Notes: generated from the sequence alone by a model not told the origin. Positions 44,035 through 52,463 are shown, counted from the first letter of the stretch. The stretch: DNA of 64,000 bases from Phycisphaeraceae bacterium (GCA_029260615.1 JAJDCX010000016.1:1464-65463); one strand, 5' to 3'. Made by a program: numbers and translations.

Positions 44035-46980
44035 TTACGGCTCGGCGCGGACCACTTCCACGAAGTGTTTGGCGGTTTCGCCGCAGCCGTCTTTGATTTG
44101 ATGACGGCAACTGAAGCCACAGGCGACGACGACGGCGTCACCGCTTTTCTCGCGGACAGCAGGAAACAGGCGTTGTTCGCCGATCTTCATGGACAGGTCG
44201 TGGTGCTCGTACCCGAACGAGCCCGCCATCCCACAGCAGCCGGAGTCTATTTCTCGCACATCGACGCCGGCGTGTTTGAGCAGGTGAGCCACGCCGTCGC
44301 TGGTGAAGAGTGATTTCTGGTGGCAGTGGCCGTGGACCAAGGCGTCTTTGAGATTACTAACTAGCTTGCCCTGCAATCGACCGGCGTCCAGTTCCTCGGC
44401 GAGGAACGTGTCAATCATCTTGACCTGCCCAGCAACACGTTTGCCCAACGCCTCATCATCGATCAGGTCAGGCAGGTCGTCGGCCAACGCGGAGGTGCAG
44501 CTCGGTTCGAGTGTGAGAATCGGCAGGCCCTGTTTAGCGTAGACATCCAGGTTGGTCAGGGTACGTGTGCCGTGGCGTTTGGCTTCTTTAACCAGGCCCT
44601 TGGATAGACGGGGTCGTTGGCAGCAGCCTGCCTTTGCGATGGTGACCTGATAACCCAGCCCCTCAAGTAGTTCGACCGCAGCCAGGCCAACCTCAGGCTC
44701 GTAGTAATTGGCGTACGTGTCGTCGAACAGCACGACATGTCGGCCGGGCTTGGCGTCCTGAACCTGACGACGCTTCAACAACCTGGGCAGGGTGTTCCTC
44801 GCCATCTTGGGCAACGGTCTGCGGCGGTCGATCCCCGTCAGCTTCTCGAACAAGAATTTAAAGGGCGGCAACGATTGCACGAAGTTCGCCAGTGGAGCGA
44901 CCGGACCCGCGGTCCACTTGACCATGTCCGGTGAACTCCCGATCAGGCGGGAACCCAGCGGTGTGCCGTGCTTGTCGTGGCGCATCTGAAGCACATCGCT
45001 CTTGAGCTTCGCCATGTCCACCGCGTTGGGGCATTCGCTCTTACACGCCTTGCAGGAAAGACACAGCGACAGAACTTCGTTTAGGCGGTCGTCGGTCAGG
45101 GCGTCGGGGCCCAGTTGCCCGCTCATCGCCAGGCGTAGCGCATTGGCCCGACCACGGGTGACAGCCTCTTCGTCGCGGGTCGCCATGTAGCTGGGGCACA
45201 TCGTCCCCGAGTCGGTCTTTCGGCAGGCACCCAGTCCGTTGCACTGCTCAACAGCGAGTGAGAAACCGCCCTGGTCGCGGTAGTGATAGTTCGACCTGAC
45301 CTCGGCGGTGCGTTGTTCGTAACCCGGTGTGCCGTAGCGCAGGTTCTCCGTCATCTTCGGCGTGTCGATGATCTTGCCGGGGTTCAGGTGGTTGCCGGGA
45401 TCGAATAGCGATTTAACCTGGCGGAATGCGTCGTAGAGTCTTGGGCCGAAGAAGCGTTCGATGTATTCGCCGCGCACCAGGCCGTCGCCATGCTCGCCGC
45501 ACCACGACCCGCCGTACTCCTTGACCATGGCGAAGGCCGCGTCGGCGATGGCGTGCATCTTCCTGACGTCTTCGGGTTTGTGCAGGTCCAGCAGGGGTTT
45601 GGGATGCAGCACACCAACGGATGCGTGGGCGCAGATCGAAACCTTGACGTGGTGTTCATCACAGACAACCAGCAATCGCCGGATATAATCAGCCAGGTGC
45701 TCGACCGGGATCGCCGCGTCATCGACAAAGTCCAGCGGCTTGGCGGAGCCTTTGATGTTAGATGCCAGGCCCACGCCGAGTTTGCGTAGCTCCCAGATGT
45801 GCCCGATGCCGATGGCGTCGCTGCGGATCACGGTGGTGTAGCCGACGTGGTTGTGACGCATCGCCTGGGCGAATGCTTCGGCACGTTCGTTGGCCTGGTC
45901 CTGAGTGTCGCCCATGAACTCGACGACTTGGACCGCCTTTGGATCACCCTCGAAGAAGTCTGCCAGGTGTGCGGACGACGGGTTGCGCCGGGCTTCTACG
46001 ATGATCGAGTCATCCAGCAATTCGACGGTGGACGGCTTGTGTTCGAGCATCGCCGGGACGTGCTGTAGTGACTCGATGATGTCATCAAAATGGACCACGC
46101 AGACCGCGGTGGCCTTGGGGTTGTCTACGAGGCGGACGGTGGCTTCCAGCAGGATCGCCAGTGTCCCCTCGCTGCCGACGATCAGGTTGCAAAGATTCCA
46201 AGCCCCGTCCCCGGATGCGCCCTTAGAATTATTTCCCGGTTCGGGCCCCGTGTCTGCTTCGCCTGTGAACGCATCGAGGTTGTAGCCGCTGACACGGCGC
46301 ATGGTCTTTGGGAACCGTGCCTGGATCTCGTCGCGGTTTGCGCGGAGGACCTCGCCGATGCCGCGGTAAATTTCTGCCTCCCGCCCTTTGCCGGCACTCC
46401 GGTCTGACCATTGGTCGGCATCGCAGGCGTCAAGGGACAGGACCGTGCCGTCGGCAAGCAGCACCTTCATCGCGAGGATGTGGTCGATGGTTTTGCCGTA
46501 GACGATCGAGCGTGTGCCCGAGGAGTTGTTGCCGATCATCCCGCCGATGTTGGCTCGGCTTGAGGTCGCGGGGTCGGGGGCGAAGTGCAGGCCCGATGGT
46601 TTGAGTTGCGCGTTGAGTTGGTCTCGGACGACGCCGGGCTGCACGCGGGCCCAGCGTTGCTCCGCGTTGACCTCAAGGACAACGTTCATGTATTTGGAGC
46701 AGTCCAGGATCATCCCCGGGCCGAAGGTCTGACCGGCGAGGCTGGTGCCGCCGCCGCGTGCGGTGATCGGCATGCCGTGATCGACGGCGATGTGCACGGC
46801 GGCGATCACGTCGTCCTGGTCCATCGGCACAACCACGCAGGCCGGCATCATCTGGTAGTGGCTGGCATCGGTGGCGTGGATGCCCCGGCTGACAGGGTCG
46901 GTGAGTACTTCACCCCGGACAGCGGCGCGCAGGGCAGCGGCCACGGCGTCGTCGGGTGCTTGTGTTAGTGGGGTGGTCAT
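44035..46980 (-). CDS. Fused FAD-linked oxidase / Fe-S / CCG-domain protein (YdiJ-like, GlcD-GlcF fusion type)
   Basis: 981 aa. N-terminal FAD-binding PCMH domain (ITARGGGTSLAGQ), ferredoxin-type CLSCKACKSECP, and C-terminal Cys-rich CCG-like segments (CCQRP, GCCGMAGSFG). Confidence 0.75.
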   Translation of the reverse strand: MTTPLTQAPDDAVAAALRAAVRGEVLTDPVSRGIHATDASHYQMMPACVVVPMDQDDVIAAVHIAVDHGMPITARGGGTSLAGQTFGPGMILDCSKYMNVVLEVNAEQRWARVQPGVVRDQLNAQLKPSGLHFAPDPATSSRANIGGMIGNNSSGTRSIVYGKTIDHILAMKVLLADGTVLSLDACDADQWSDRSAGKGREAEIYRGIGEVLRANRDEIQARFPKTMRRVSGYNLDAFTGEADTGPEPGNNSKGASGDGAWNLCNLIVGSEGTLAILLEATVRLVDNPKATAVCVVHFDDIIESLQHVPAMLEHKPSTVELLDDSIIVEARRNPSSAHLADFFEGDPKAVQVVEFMGDTQDQANERAEAFAQAMRHNHVGYTTVIRSDAIGIGHIWELRKLGVGLASNIKGSAKPLDFVDDAAIPVEHLADYIRRLLVVCDEHHVKVSICAHASVGVLHPKPLLDLHKPEDVRKMHAIADAAFAMVKEYGGSWCGEHGDGLVRGEYIERFFGPRLYDAFRQVKSLFDPGNHLNPGKIIDTPKMTENLRYGTPGYEQRTAEVRSNYHYRDQGGFSLAVEQCNGLGACRKTDSGTMCPSYMATRDEEAVTRGRANALRLAMSGQLGPDALTDDRLNEVLSLCLSCKACKSECPNAVDMAKLKSDVLQMRHDKHGTPLGSRLIGSSPDMVKWTAGPVAPLANFVQSLPPFKFLFEKLTGIDRRRPLPKMARNTLPRLLKRRQVQDAKPGRHVVLFDDTYANYYEPEVGLAAVELLEGLGYQVTIAKAGCCQRPRLSKGLVKEAKRHGTRTLTNLDVYAKQGLPILTLEPSCTSALADDLPDLIDDEALGKRVAGQVKMIDTFLAEELDAGRLQGKLVSNLKDALVHGHCHQKSLFTSDGVAHLLKHAGVDVREIDSGCCGMAGSFGYEHHDLSMKIGEQRLFPAVREKSGDAVVVACGFSCRHQIKDGCGETAKHFVEVVRAEP

Positions 46981-47063
46981 GCCTTCGCGGTTTCCGTCGA
47001 TACGTTGCTACGCCCTGGGTTCAGCTACAGAACCGGGCTGGTTCTGCCCCGGCTGTGCGGATT

Positions 47064-47426
47064 CTAACCCGGCGTGCCGTCTTGTGTAGCGCGGAGGGCT
47101 TGGCGGGCGTGTTCGACGTCGGCAGACAGGTTCAGGATCGAGCCGAGGTTCATCAGTTCCAGGACCTCAAAGACGGCCCCGGTCGCGCCGGCGATTCGGA
47201 TCTCCCCGTCGGCATCCTTTACCCGGCGGTGCAGAGTCACCAAGGCACCGATCCCAGAGGATGAGACGTAGGTCAGATTGGCGCAGTTAAGGATGATCCG
47301 CAGCCGGCCCACATCCAGGAGTTTGTCGATGCTGTCGTGCAGCTCCCGCAGGGAGGCGCTGTCAAGGCCGCCCTCGAGCTCGATGAGGGTGAGGTTTCCC
47401 TCGATTTCCTGGATATTCAAATTCAT
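47064..47426 (-). CDS. STAS-domain anti-sigma factor antagonist
   Basis: 120 aa. LDSASLRELHDSIDKLL...ILNCANLTYVSSSGIGALV matches the SpoIIAA/RsbV pattern, with the phosphorylatable Ser in YVSSSG. Confidence 0.75.
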   Translation of the reverse strand: MNLNIQEIEGNLTLIELEGGLDSASLRELHDSIDKLLDVGRLRIILNCANLTYVSSSGIGALVTLHRRVKDADGEIRIAGATGAVFEVLELMNLGSILNLSADVEHARQALRATQDGTPG

Positions 47427-47589
47427 CTAGGGCGCGTCCGCCGAGGTCTTGTAGGTTACACCGGGGTTTTTAGGTACATGGGTAAAGCCCGCACATTGTA
47501 GCGGCGGCAGACACGACAGGCCGCGGCCCTTGGTTTGATTGATATCAAAAGCAAGGGTGGGACGTACTCTTCTGCGGTTGTGTCACCGG

Positions 47590-47958
47590 TCAGCGGACGG
47601 CTTCGCGGTACTCTCTGCGGTAGGTCGTGGAGTAGAATTGATCGCGGACGTGGCCGTTGTTGCTGTACTGGCGGTCGCGTGTGATGGTGACACTGTTCTG
47701 GACGGTGGGCTGTGCGTAGCCTGCGTTGGCGGCGGGTGTGAGGTCGTTGCGGTTGGCGTACCAGGGCAGGGCCTGTGCGTTAGCTTGCCGGGAGTCGATG
47801 TAGTGCAGCAGGGGCGTATCCAGCACGACCGATCGGCGGTGACCGTCGGCATCAAGTTGCGGGCCCAGGTCCACCGGGTGGATCTGTTGGCAGCCGGTGA
47901 GGACCAGTAGACTGGCCAAGCAAAACATCAGGGATAATAGTTGGATAGCACGCATCAC
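47590..47958 (-). CDS. Small lipoprotein, unknown function
   Basis: Lipobox LVLTG-C after a hydrophobic signal. No recognisable domain. Confidence 0.5.
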   Translation of the reverse strand: MMRAIQLLSLMFCLASLLVLTGCQQIHPVDLGPQLDADGHRRSVVLDTPLLHYIDSRQANAQALPWYANRNDLTPAANAGYAQPTVQNSVTITRDRQYSNNGHVRDQFYSTTYRREYREAVR

Positions 47959-48158
47959 CTTTGGGGTAGCTAATACGGTGCCGGCGAAGAGGTGGGGGGC
48001 TGGTCCGCATTGAAATGTACGGGTAATTACATGTGTATCAATGAATTACGGGCGTAAAACAGGCGTTGGCTCCGCAGGCATTGCAGGACGGGTCGTGCCG
48101 GTTGTAGCTCTAAGGCAACACACGGTGTTGGATCACACCGCGATGGGTGGGCTGCACT

Positions 48159-48689
48159 TTAGTTGGTTGTGACGTGGCCTTCGCCCGGGCTCCAGTTGCA
48201 GGCGCACAGCTCGCCGCTGTGCACCGCATCGATCACACGCAGGGCTTCCGGGACGCTTCGGCCGACGGACAGGTTGTTAACGGAAACCCACTGAATCACG
48301 TTGTCAGGATCCACCAGGAACGATGCGCGGAGGCAGACGTTCTCTTTAGGATCGAGGATCCCCAAGTCGCCCGCTAGCTTCTGGGCTGCGATCAGCGGGT
48401 AGGGCAGGTCCTTGAGCCCGGGGTGTGACATCCGCCACGCCTGGTGGGAGAACTCGTTGTCCGTGCTGCCGCCGATCAGGACGACGTTGCGATCGTCAAA
48501 CTGCGGGGCGGCCTTGGCGAAGTCGATCAACTCCGTGGGGCAGACAAAGGTGAAGTCCTTGGGGTAGAACAGGAACAGCTTCCATCGGCCCTCGTAGTCG
48601 CCGGTCTGGATCACGGTTAGGTCGTCGATTGTCAGGCCCGAGCAGGCCTGGCAGTGGAATTCGGGGAACGTTTGGCCGACGGTCAGCAT
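48159..48689 (-). CDS. Typical 2-Cys peroxiredoxin (AhpC/Tsa family)
   Basis: Peroxidatic Cys motif DFTFVCPTE. Resolving Cys region GELCACNWSPGE near the C-terminus. Confidence 0.85.
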   Translation of the reverse strand: MLTVGQTFPEFHCQACSGLTIDDLTVIQTGDYEGRWKLFLFYPKDFTFVCPTELIDFAKAAPQFDDRNVVLIGGSTDNEFSHQAWRMSHPGLKDLPYPLIAAQKLAGDLGILDPKENVCLRASFLVDPDNVIQWVSVNNLSVGRSVPEALRVIDAVHSGELCACNWSPGEGHVTTN

Positions 48690-48746
48690 GGGGATATTCC
48701 ATCTTTGGGCTATGGGTGTTCAGCGGTTTGTACGAGTAGGGGCGTA

Positions 48747-48772
48747 AACAGAAGTTATGTATATCTTCTGTT
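48747..48772. promoter_or_regulatory. Inverted repeat AACAGAAG-N10-CTTCTGTT upstream of the peroxiredoxin gene (candidate operator)
   Basis: Perfect 8-bp arms at 48747-48754 and 48765-48772 with an AT-rich spacer, 58-83 nt upstream of the ATG at 48689. Confidence 0.3.
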
Positions 48773-48891
48773 GCCACTAGGCGAAGATTAGAACAGCCAC
48801 ACACCGAAGTCAAACCCTACGGGGCTTGTTTTTATGTTTCTTGGTGATGATCGGCTTGTGGACAGCAGTGGGGCGGTGCTGTCGTATAGCC

Positions 48892-48897
48892 TAGAAT
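48892..48897 (+). promoter_or_regulatory. Candidate -10 box TAGAAT, 6 nt upstream of the larE ATG at 48904 (predicted leaderless)
   Basis: gccTAGAAT-gctgtc-ATG. No SD sequence. Confidence 0.4.
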
Positions 48898-48903
48898 GCT
48901 GTC

Positions 48904-49764
48904 ATGGGAATCCCGGATACACCTCATGACGATACGTCAACCATGCTAGCACGCCTGCAAGAGGTGGTACGTCTGCGCGGGCGGGTGATGACAGCCTATT
49001 CCGGCGGGGTGGACTCGACTCTGGTCGCTGCGGTCGCCCGAAGGGTGCTTGGGAAAGATAACGCCCCGGCAGTCATCGGGGATTCGCCTTCGCTGCCACG
49101 TTACGAACTGCAGCGGGCCCGGGCTCTTGCGCAGGATCTAGACCTTGAGTTGATCGAGGTTCGGCCCGGCGAGCAGGACGATCTGGGGTATCGAGCCAAC
49201 GCGGGAGACCGCTGCTACTTTTGCAAGACACACCTCTATGACTCACTGAAGCGTCTGACTAAGGAGCTTGGGTTCCAGTACATCGCCAACGGGACAAACA
49301 CTGACGACCTGGGCGATCACCGTCCGGGGCTGATGGCGGCGGATGAGGCGGAGGTTATCTCGCCACTGATCGAGGCGGGGCTTAATAAGCAACAGGTACG
49401 CCTGGTGGCCAAGCACTTGGGGTTGGCCAACTGGGACAAGCCAGCCGCAGCGTGCCTGGCCAGCCGGGTGCCTTATGGCAGCGAGGTGACGCCCCAGCTT
49501 CTGGGTCAGATCGAGCGTGCGGAGCAGGTGCTGCGCGGGCTTGGGTTCACCGGTTTCAGGGTCAGGCATCACGGGGAGGTCGCGCGGATCGAGTTGCCGA
49601 TAGACCAGTTGGGTCGGCTGATGGAGGATGACGTGAGGCAAGCGGTCGCGGAGGGGGTGCGGGAAGCCGGGTATCTTTATGTATCACTCGATCTTGAAGG
49701 GTTCCGTAGCGGCAGCGGGAACCTGGTGCTGACGGTCAGCGCGCTGGGACGCGGTGGCGGGTAA
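48904..49764 (+). CDS. larE: PP-loop ATP-dependent sulfur transferase, LarE-like
   Basis: PP-loop AYSGGVDSTLVA, CYFCK, and conserved AACLASRVPYG, the position of the sacrificial Cys in LarE. Confidence 0.7.
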   Translation: MGIPDTPHDDTSTMLARLQEVVRLRGRVMTAYSGGVDSTLVAAVARRVLGKDNAPAVIGDSPSLPRYELQRARALAQDLDLELIEVRPGEQDDLGYRANAGDRCYFCKTHLYDSLKRLTKELGFQYIANGTNTDDLGDHRPGLMAADEAEVISPLIEAGLNKQQVRLVAKHLGLANWDKPAAACLASRVPYGSEVTPQLLGQIERAEQVLRGLGFTGFRVRHHGEVARIELPIDQLGRLMEDDVRQAVAEGVREAGYLYVSLDLEGFRSGSGNLVLTVSALGRGGG

Positions 49765-49785
49765 GTCACACAACGGAGCCTTGGT

Positions 49786-50784
49786 TTGCGAACGATGCAA
49801 GCATCACTGACGTGTTGGGTCTTATTGGCAGCTTTCCTGTCAACCGGCGTATCGTCGGCCGAGGGATTGGACCGGCAGACCAGGCAGCTATGGGAACGCC
49901 ACTGGCGGGTGTACGCCCAGCAGTGCGCGGTGTTTGAAGAAGGGTTCTTGTGTTGCCCGGCGTACAACAAGCGATACCCAAGCTCGACGGGGATGACCGT
50001 GCGCCAGGCCAGCAACGAGCTATCTGAGAGGATCAAAGTCGGCGGTGGTGGGATCGTGGTGCATAAGACCGTGAAGTTGCCGATCGAAGAAGCCGAAGCG
50101 ATGTCCAAGCCCATCCCAAAGATTTCAGCCGGGCAGTACGGGTATCTGACGTCGGCCCAGGTCGTTGAGGTTCTGGGGCCCAAGTCGATGATGGTTAAAA
50201 ACCTGTATCTGTACGACCCGATCGCTCTACGCCGGGATTTCAAGGCCGACCGCGCCAAGGCCAAAAAGGCGGACGACAAGGACGCAGCGGAAGCCGATCT
50301 AGAACACATCTACAAACGCCGACAAGCTCTGGCGGAACGACACAAAGATAGGAAGCACAGAAAAATCGTCCTGCGGCTGGAAGGTTTTTCGACGGCCGGC
50401 CTGGTGGCGGAGGATCGCTGGGCTGGGCCCAGGGGAGAAGGATTTGCCGTGTTGATCGTCAAGCCCGAAACGTACGGCAGCAAGCGGCGGTCCCGGCAGA
50501 GACTGGTCGCGGTGTCCATCAAAGACATCCGTTGGGGCCTGGATGAGGACACGTTTATCAAGCTGCTGGACTCCCGTGGTCTGGACCCGCAGAGTTTTAT
50601 CGAGATGCTTATGGAGATGATGGCCCAAGACAACCCCAAAGCGGCGAAGGGGCGTGTGTTCAGTGCGTTGCTCCTCGAGAAGCAAGAGCCCGATGAACCC
50701 GATGAGTCCGATGAGCCGATACAAACCACCGACCCGCCCCCGGTTACCAAGCAGACCCCGGATGACGGGGACACGGGGCAATAA
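49786..50784 (+). CDS. Hypothetical secreted protein with charged, acidic C-terminus
   Basis: Signal peptide MQASLTCWVLLAAFLSTGVSSA. No motif recognised. Start is TTG 49786 or ATG 49795. Confidence 0.5.
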   Translation: MRTMQASLTCWVLLAAFLSTGVSSAEGLDRQTRQLWERHWRVYAQQCAVFEEGFLCCPAYNKRYPSSTGMTVRQASNELSERIKVGGGGIVVHKTVKLPIEEAEAMSKPIPKISAGQYGYLTSAQVVEVLGPKSMMVKNLYLYDPIALRRDFKADRAKAKKADDKDAAEADLEHIYKRRQALAERHKDRKHRKIVLRLEGFSTAGLVAEDRWAGPRGEGFAVLIVKPETYGSKRRSRQRLVAVSIKDIRWGLDEDTFIKLLDSRGLDPQSFIEMLMEMMAQDNPKAAKGRVFSALLLEKQEPDEPDESDEPIQTTDPPPVTKQTPDDGDTGQ

Positions 50785-50805
50785 GAGCCGTTTGAGATTT
50801 AGGTA

Positions 50806-50834
50806 TTGATGCCGGGCCGCTACACCCCTAGAAT
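50806..50834 (+). promoter_or_regulatory. Candidate promoter TTGATG-N17-TAGAAT upstream of mcsA
   Basis: TTGATG at 50806-50811, 17-nt spacer, TAGAAT at 50829-50834, 46 nt before the GTG at 50881. Confidence 0.35.
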
Positions 50835-50880
50835 CGGGCGGCGTATTACCCATGTTCTTCCCCGGTGTCCCATGTGAGGC

Positions 50881-51393
50881 GTGAATTTGAAACGTAAGTG
50901 TGACCGATGCGCACGCCCGGCGACCCACCACTCGGTGGAGATTATCCAAGGCAAGAAGATCGAGAAGCACCTGTGCGATCAGCACGCCGCCGACGAGGGG
51001 CTTGCGATCAAGTCCATCCAAACCCCGATCAATGAGCTTCTGACGAACTTTGTAAAGATCCACAGCAGCGGCGAACCCGATCGTCCGATCCCAGGCGGGG
51101 TGTGTGAAAATTGCGGGCTGACATTCGCCCAGTTCCGTAAGGACTCGCTTCTGGGATGCCCGGATTGCTACAAAGCGTTTGAGCAGCCGTTATCGACCTT
51201 GCTAGAGCGGGCGCACGAAGGCGGGACACATCACATCGGCAAAGTTCCCCGCCGGGCTGGCGCGGGTGAGCAACGCCAGGCGATGCTGATGCGGATGCGC
51301 AAGAAACTCAACGCCGCGGTGGTGGGAGAAGACTACGAGCTCGCCGCCCGGCTACGCGACGACATCCACCGGTTCGAGGAGGAGCCCCTTTGA
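50881..51393 (+). CDS. mcsA: Protein arginine kinase activator McsA (zinc fingers + UVR motif)
   Basis: CDRC...C..H, CENCG...CPDCY zinc-binding pairs, and C-terminal UVR-type helix EDYELAARLRDDIHRFEE. Confidence 0.75.
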   Translation: MNLKRKCDRCARPATHHSVEIIQGKKIEKHLCDQHAADEGLAIKSIQTPINELLTNFVKIHSSGEPDRPIPGGVCENCGLTFAQFRKDSLLGCPDCYKAFEQPLSTLLERAHEGGTHHIGKVPRRAGAGEQRQAMLMRMRKKLNAAVVGEDYELAARLRDDIHRFEEEPL

Positions 51394-52463
51394 GCCTGCA
51401 GAACTACACCGACCACGCCGGCGAATGGCTGCGCGGGACCGGGCCTCACAGCGAAATCGTGATCTCCAGCCGGGTTAGGCTGGCACGCAACATCGCGGGG
51501 TTTCCCTTTGTTGCCCGGGCAAGTCAGCGTCAGCGGCACGAAGTACTTGCAGCCTGCAAGGAACGCATCGTCAGCGATCGGCTCGCACCTAACATCCTCT
51601 GGGTCGACCTCTCACAAAGCTCGGGGATGGACCGCCAACTCCTGGTCGAGCGGCACCTGATTAGCCGTCAGCACGCCAACGCGGACGGTGATTCCCCCCG
51701 TGCCGTCGCGGTTGGTGCAGACGAAACTTTTGCGATCATGGTTAACGAGGAGGACCATCTGCGGATGCAGGTCATGCGCAGCGGCCTGCAACTCTCCGAG
51801 GCGTTTGACCAGATCAACCGGATCGACGACATCCTCGAAGACCACATCGACTACGCCTACGCCCGGCGGTTCGGCTACCTCACCGCCTGCCCGACCAACG
51901 TGGGCACGGGGCTGCGTGTCAGTGTGATGCTCCACCTGCCAGGCCTGAAGATCACCGGCGAGATCGACAAGGTCCGCCGGGCCGCCCGGGACATGCACCT
52001 GGCGGTGCGCGGCCTGTTCGGCGAAGGGTCCGAAGCACTGGGTGACCTCTACCAGATCTCTAACCAGACGACGCTGGGCAAGTGTGAGGAGGAAGTGCTC
52101 GCCGACTTCCAGAACACGATCGTGCCCCAGATCATCGCCTACGAGCAGCAGGCCAGGCAGGCTCTGATGCGTCACCGTGAGGCCGAATTTGATGACAAGC
52201 TCTGGCGTGCCTGGGCGGTCCTGACCCATGCCCGGGTGATGGGCGGCGAGGAAGTCTTGTCCTTGCTGTCGCACCTGAGGCTGGGGGTGAATCTTGGCCG
52301 GGTGAACCGCACGGACATCCGCACGATCAACGAATTGTTCCTGCTGACCCAGTCCGCCCACCTCCAAAAGATCTCCGGCTGCGAGATGGACGCCCCGACC
52401 CGCCGTGCCGCCAGGGCCCGCTTATTGAGACAGCGTCTCGGCGGCAACGCGGATCACTCATAA
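51390..52463 (+). CDS. mcsB: Protein arginine kinase McsB (ATP:guanido phosphotransferase)
   Basis: TTG start overlapping the mcsA stop (TTGA). MSLQNY...SEIVISSRVRLARNIAGFPF, NEEDHLRMQ, GYLTACPTNVGTGLRVSVMLHLP and RGLFGEGSEA match McsB/guanido kinase boxes. Confidence 0.85.
   Translation: MSLQNYTDHAGEWLRGTGPHSEIVISSRVRLARNIAGFPFVARASQRQRHEVLAACKERIVSDRLAPNILWVDLSQSSGMDRQLLVERHLISRQHANADGDSPRAVAVGADETFAIMVNEEDHLRMQVMRSGLQLSEAFDQINRIDDILEDHIDYAYARRFGYLTACPTNVGTGLRVSVMLHLPGLKITGEIDKVRRAARDMHLAVRGLFGEGSEALGDLYQISNQTTLGKCEEEVLADFQNTIVPQIIAYEQQARQALMRHREAEFDDKLWRAWAVLTHARVMGGEEVLSLLSHLRLGVNLGRVNRTDIRTINELFLLTQSAHLQKISGCEMDAPTRRAARARLLRQRLGGNADHS

Noticed and set aside
48690-48705. Leaderless-type -10 box for the peroxiredoxin gene (TGGAAT-N6-ATG or GAATAT-N4-ATG)
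   Set aside because: The hexamer with the correct spacing lacks the essential A at position 2, and the better hexamer has the wrong spacing. It was not counted among the leaderless candidates.
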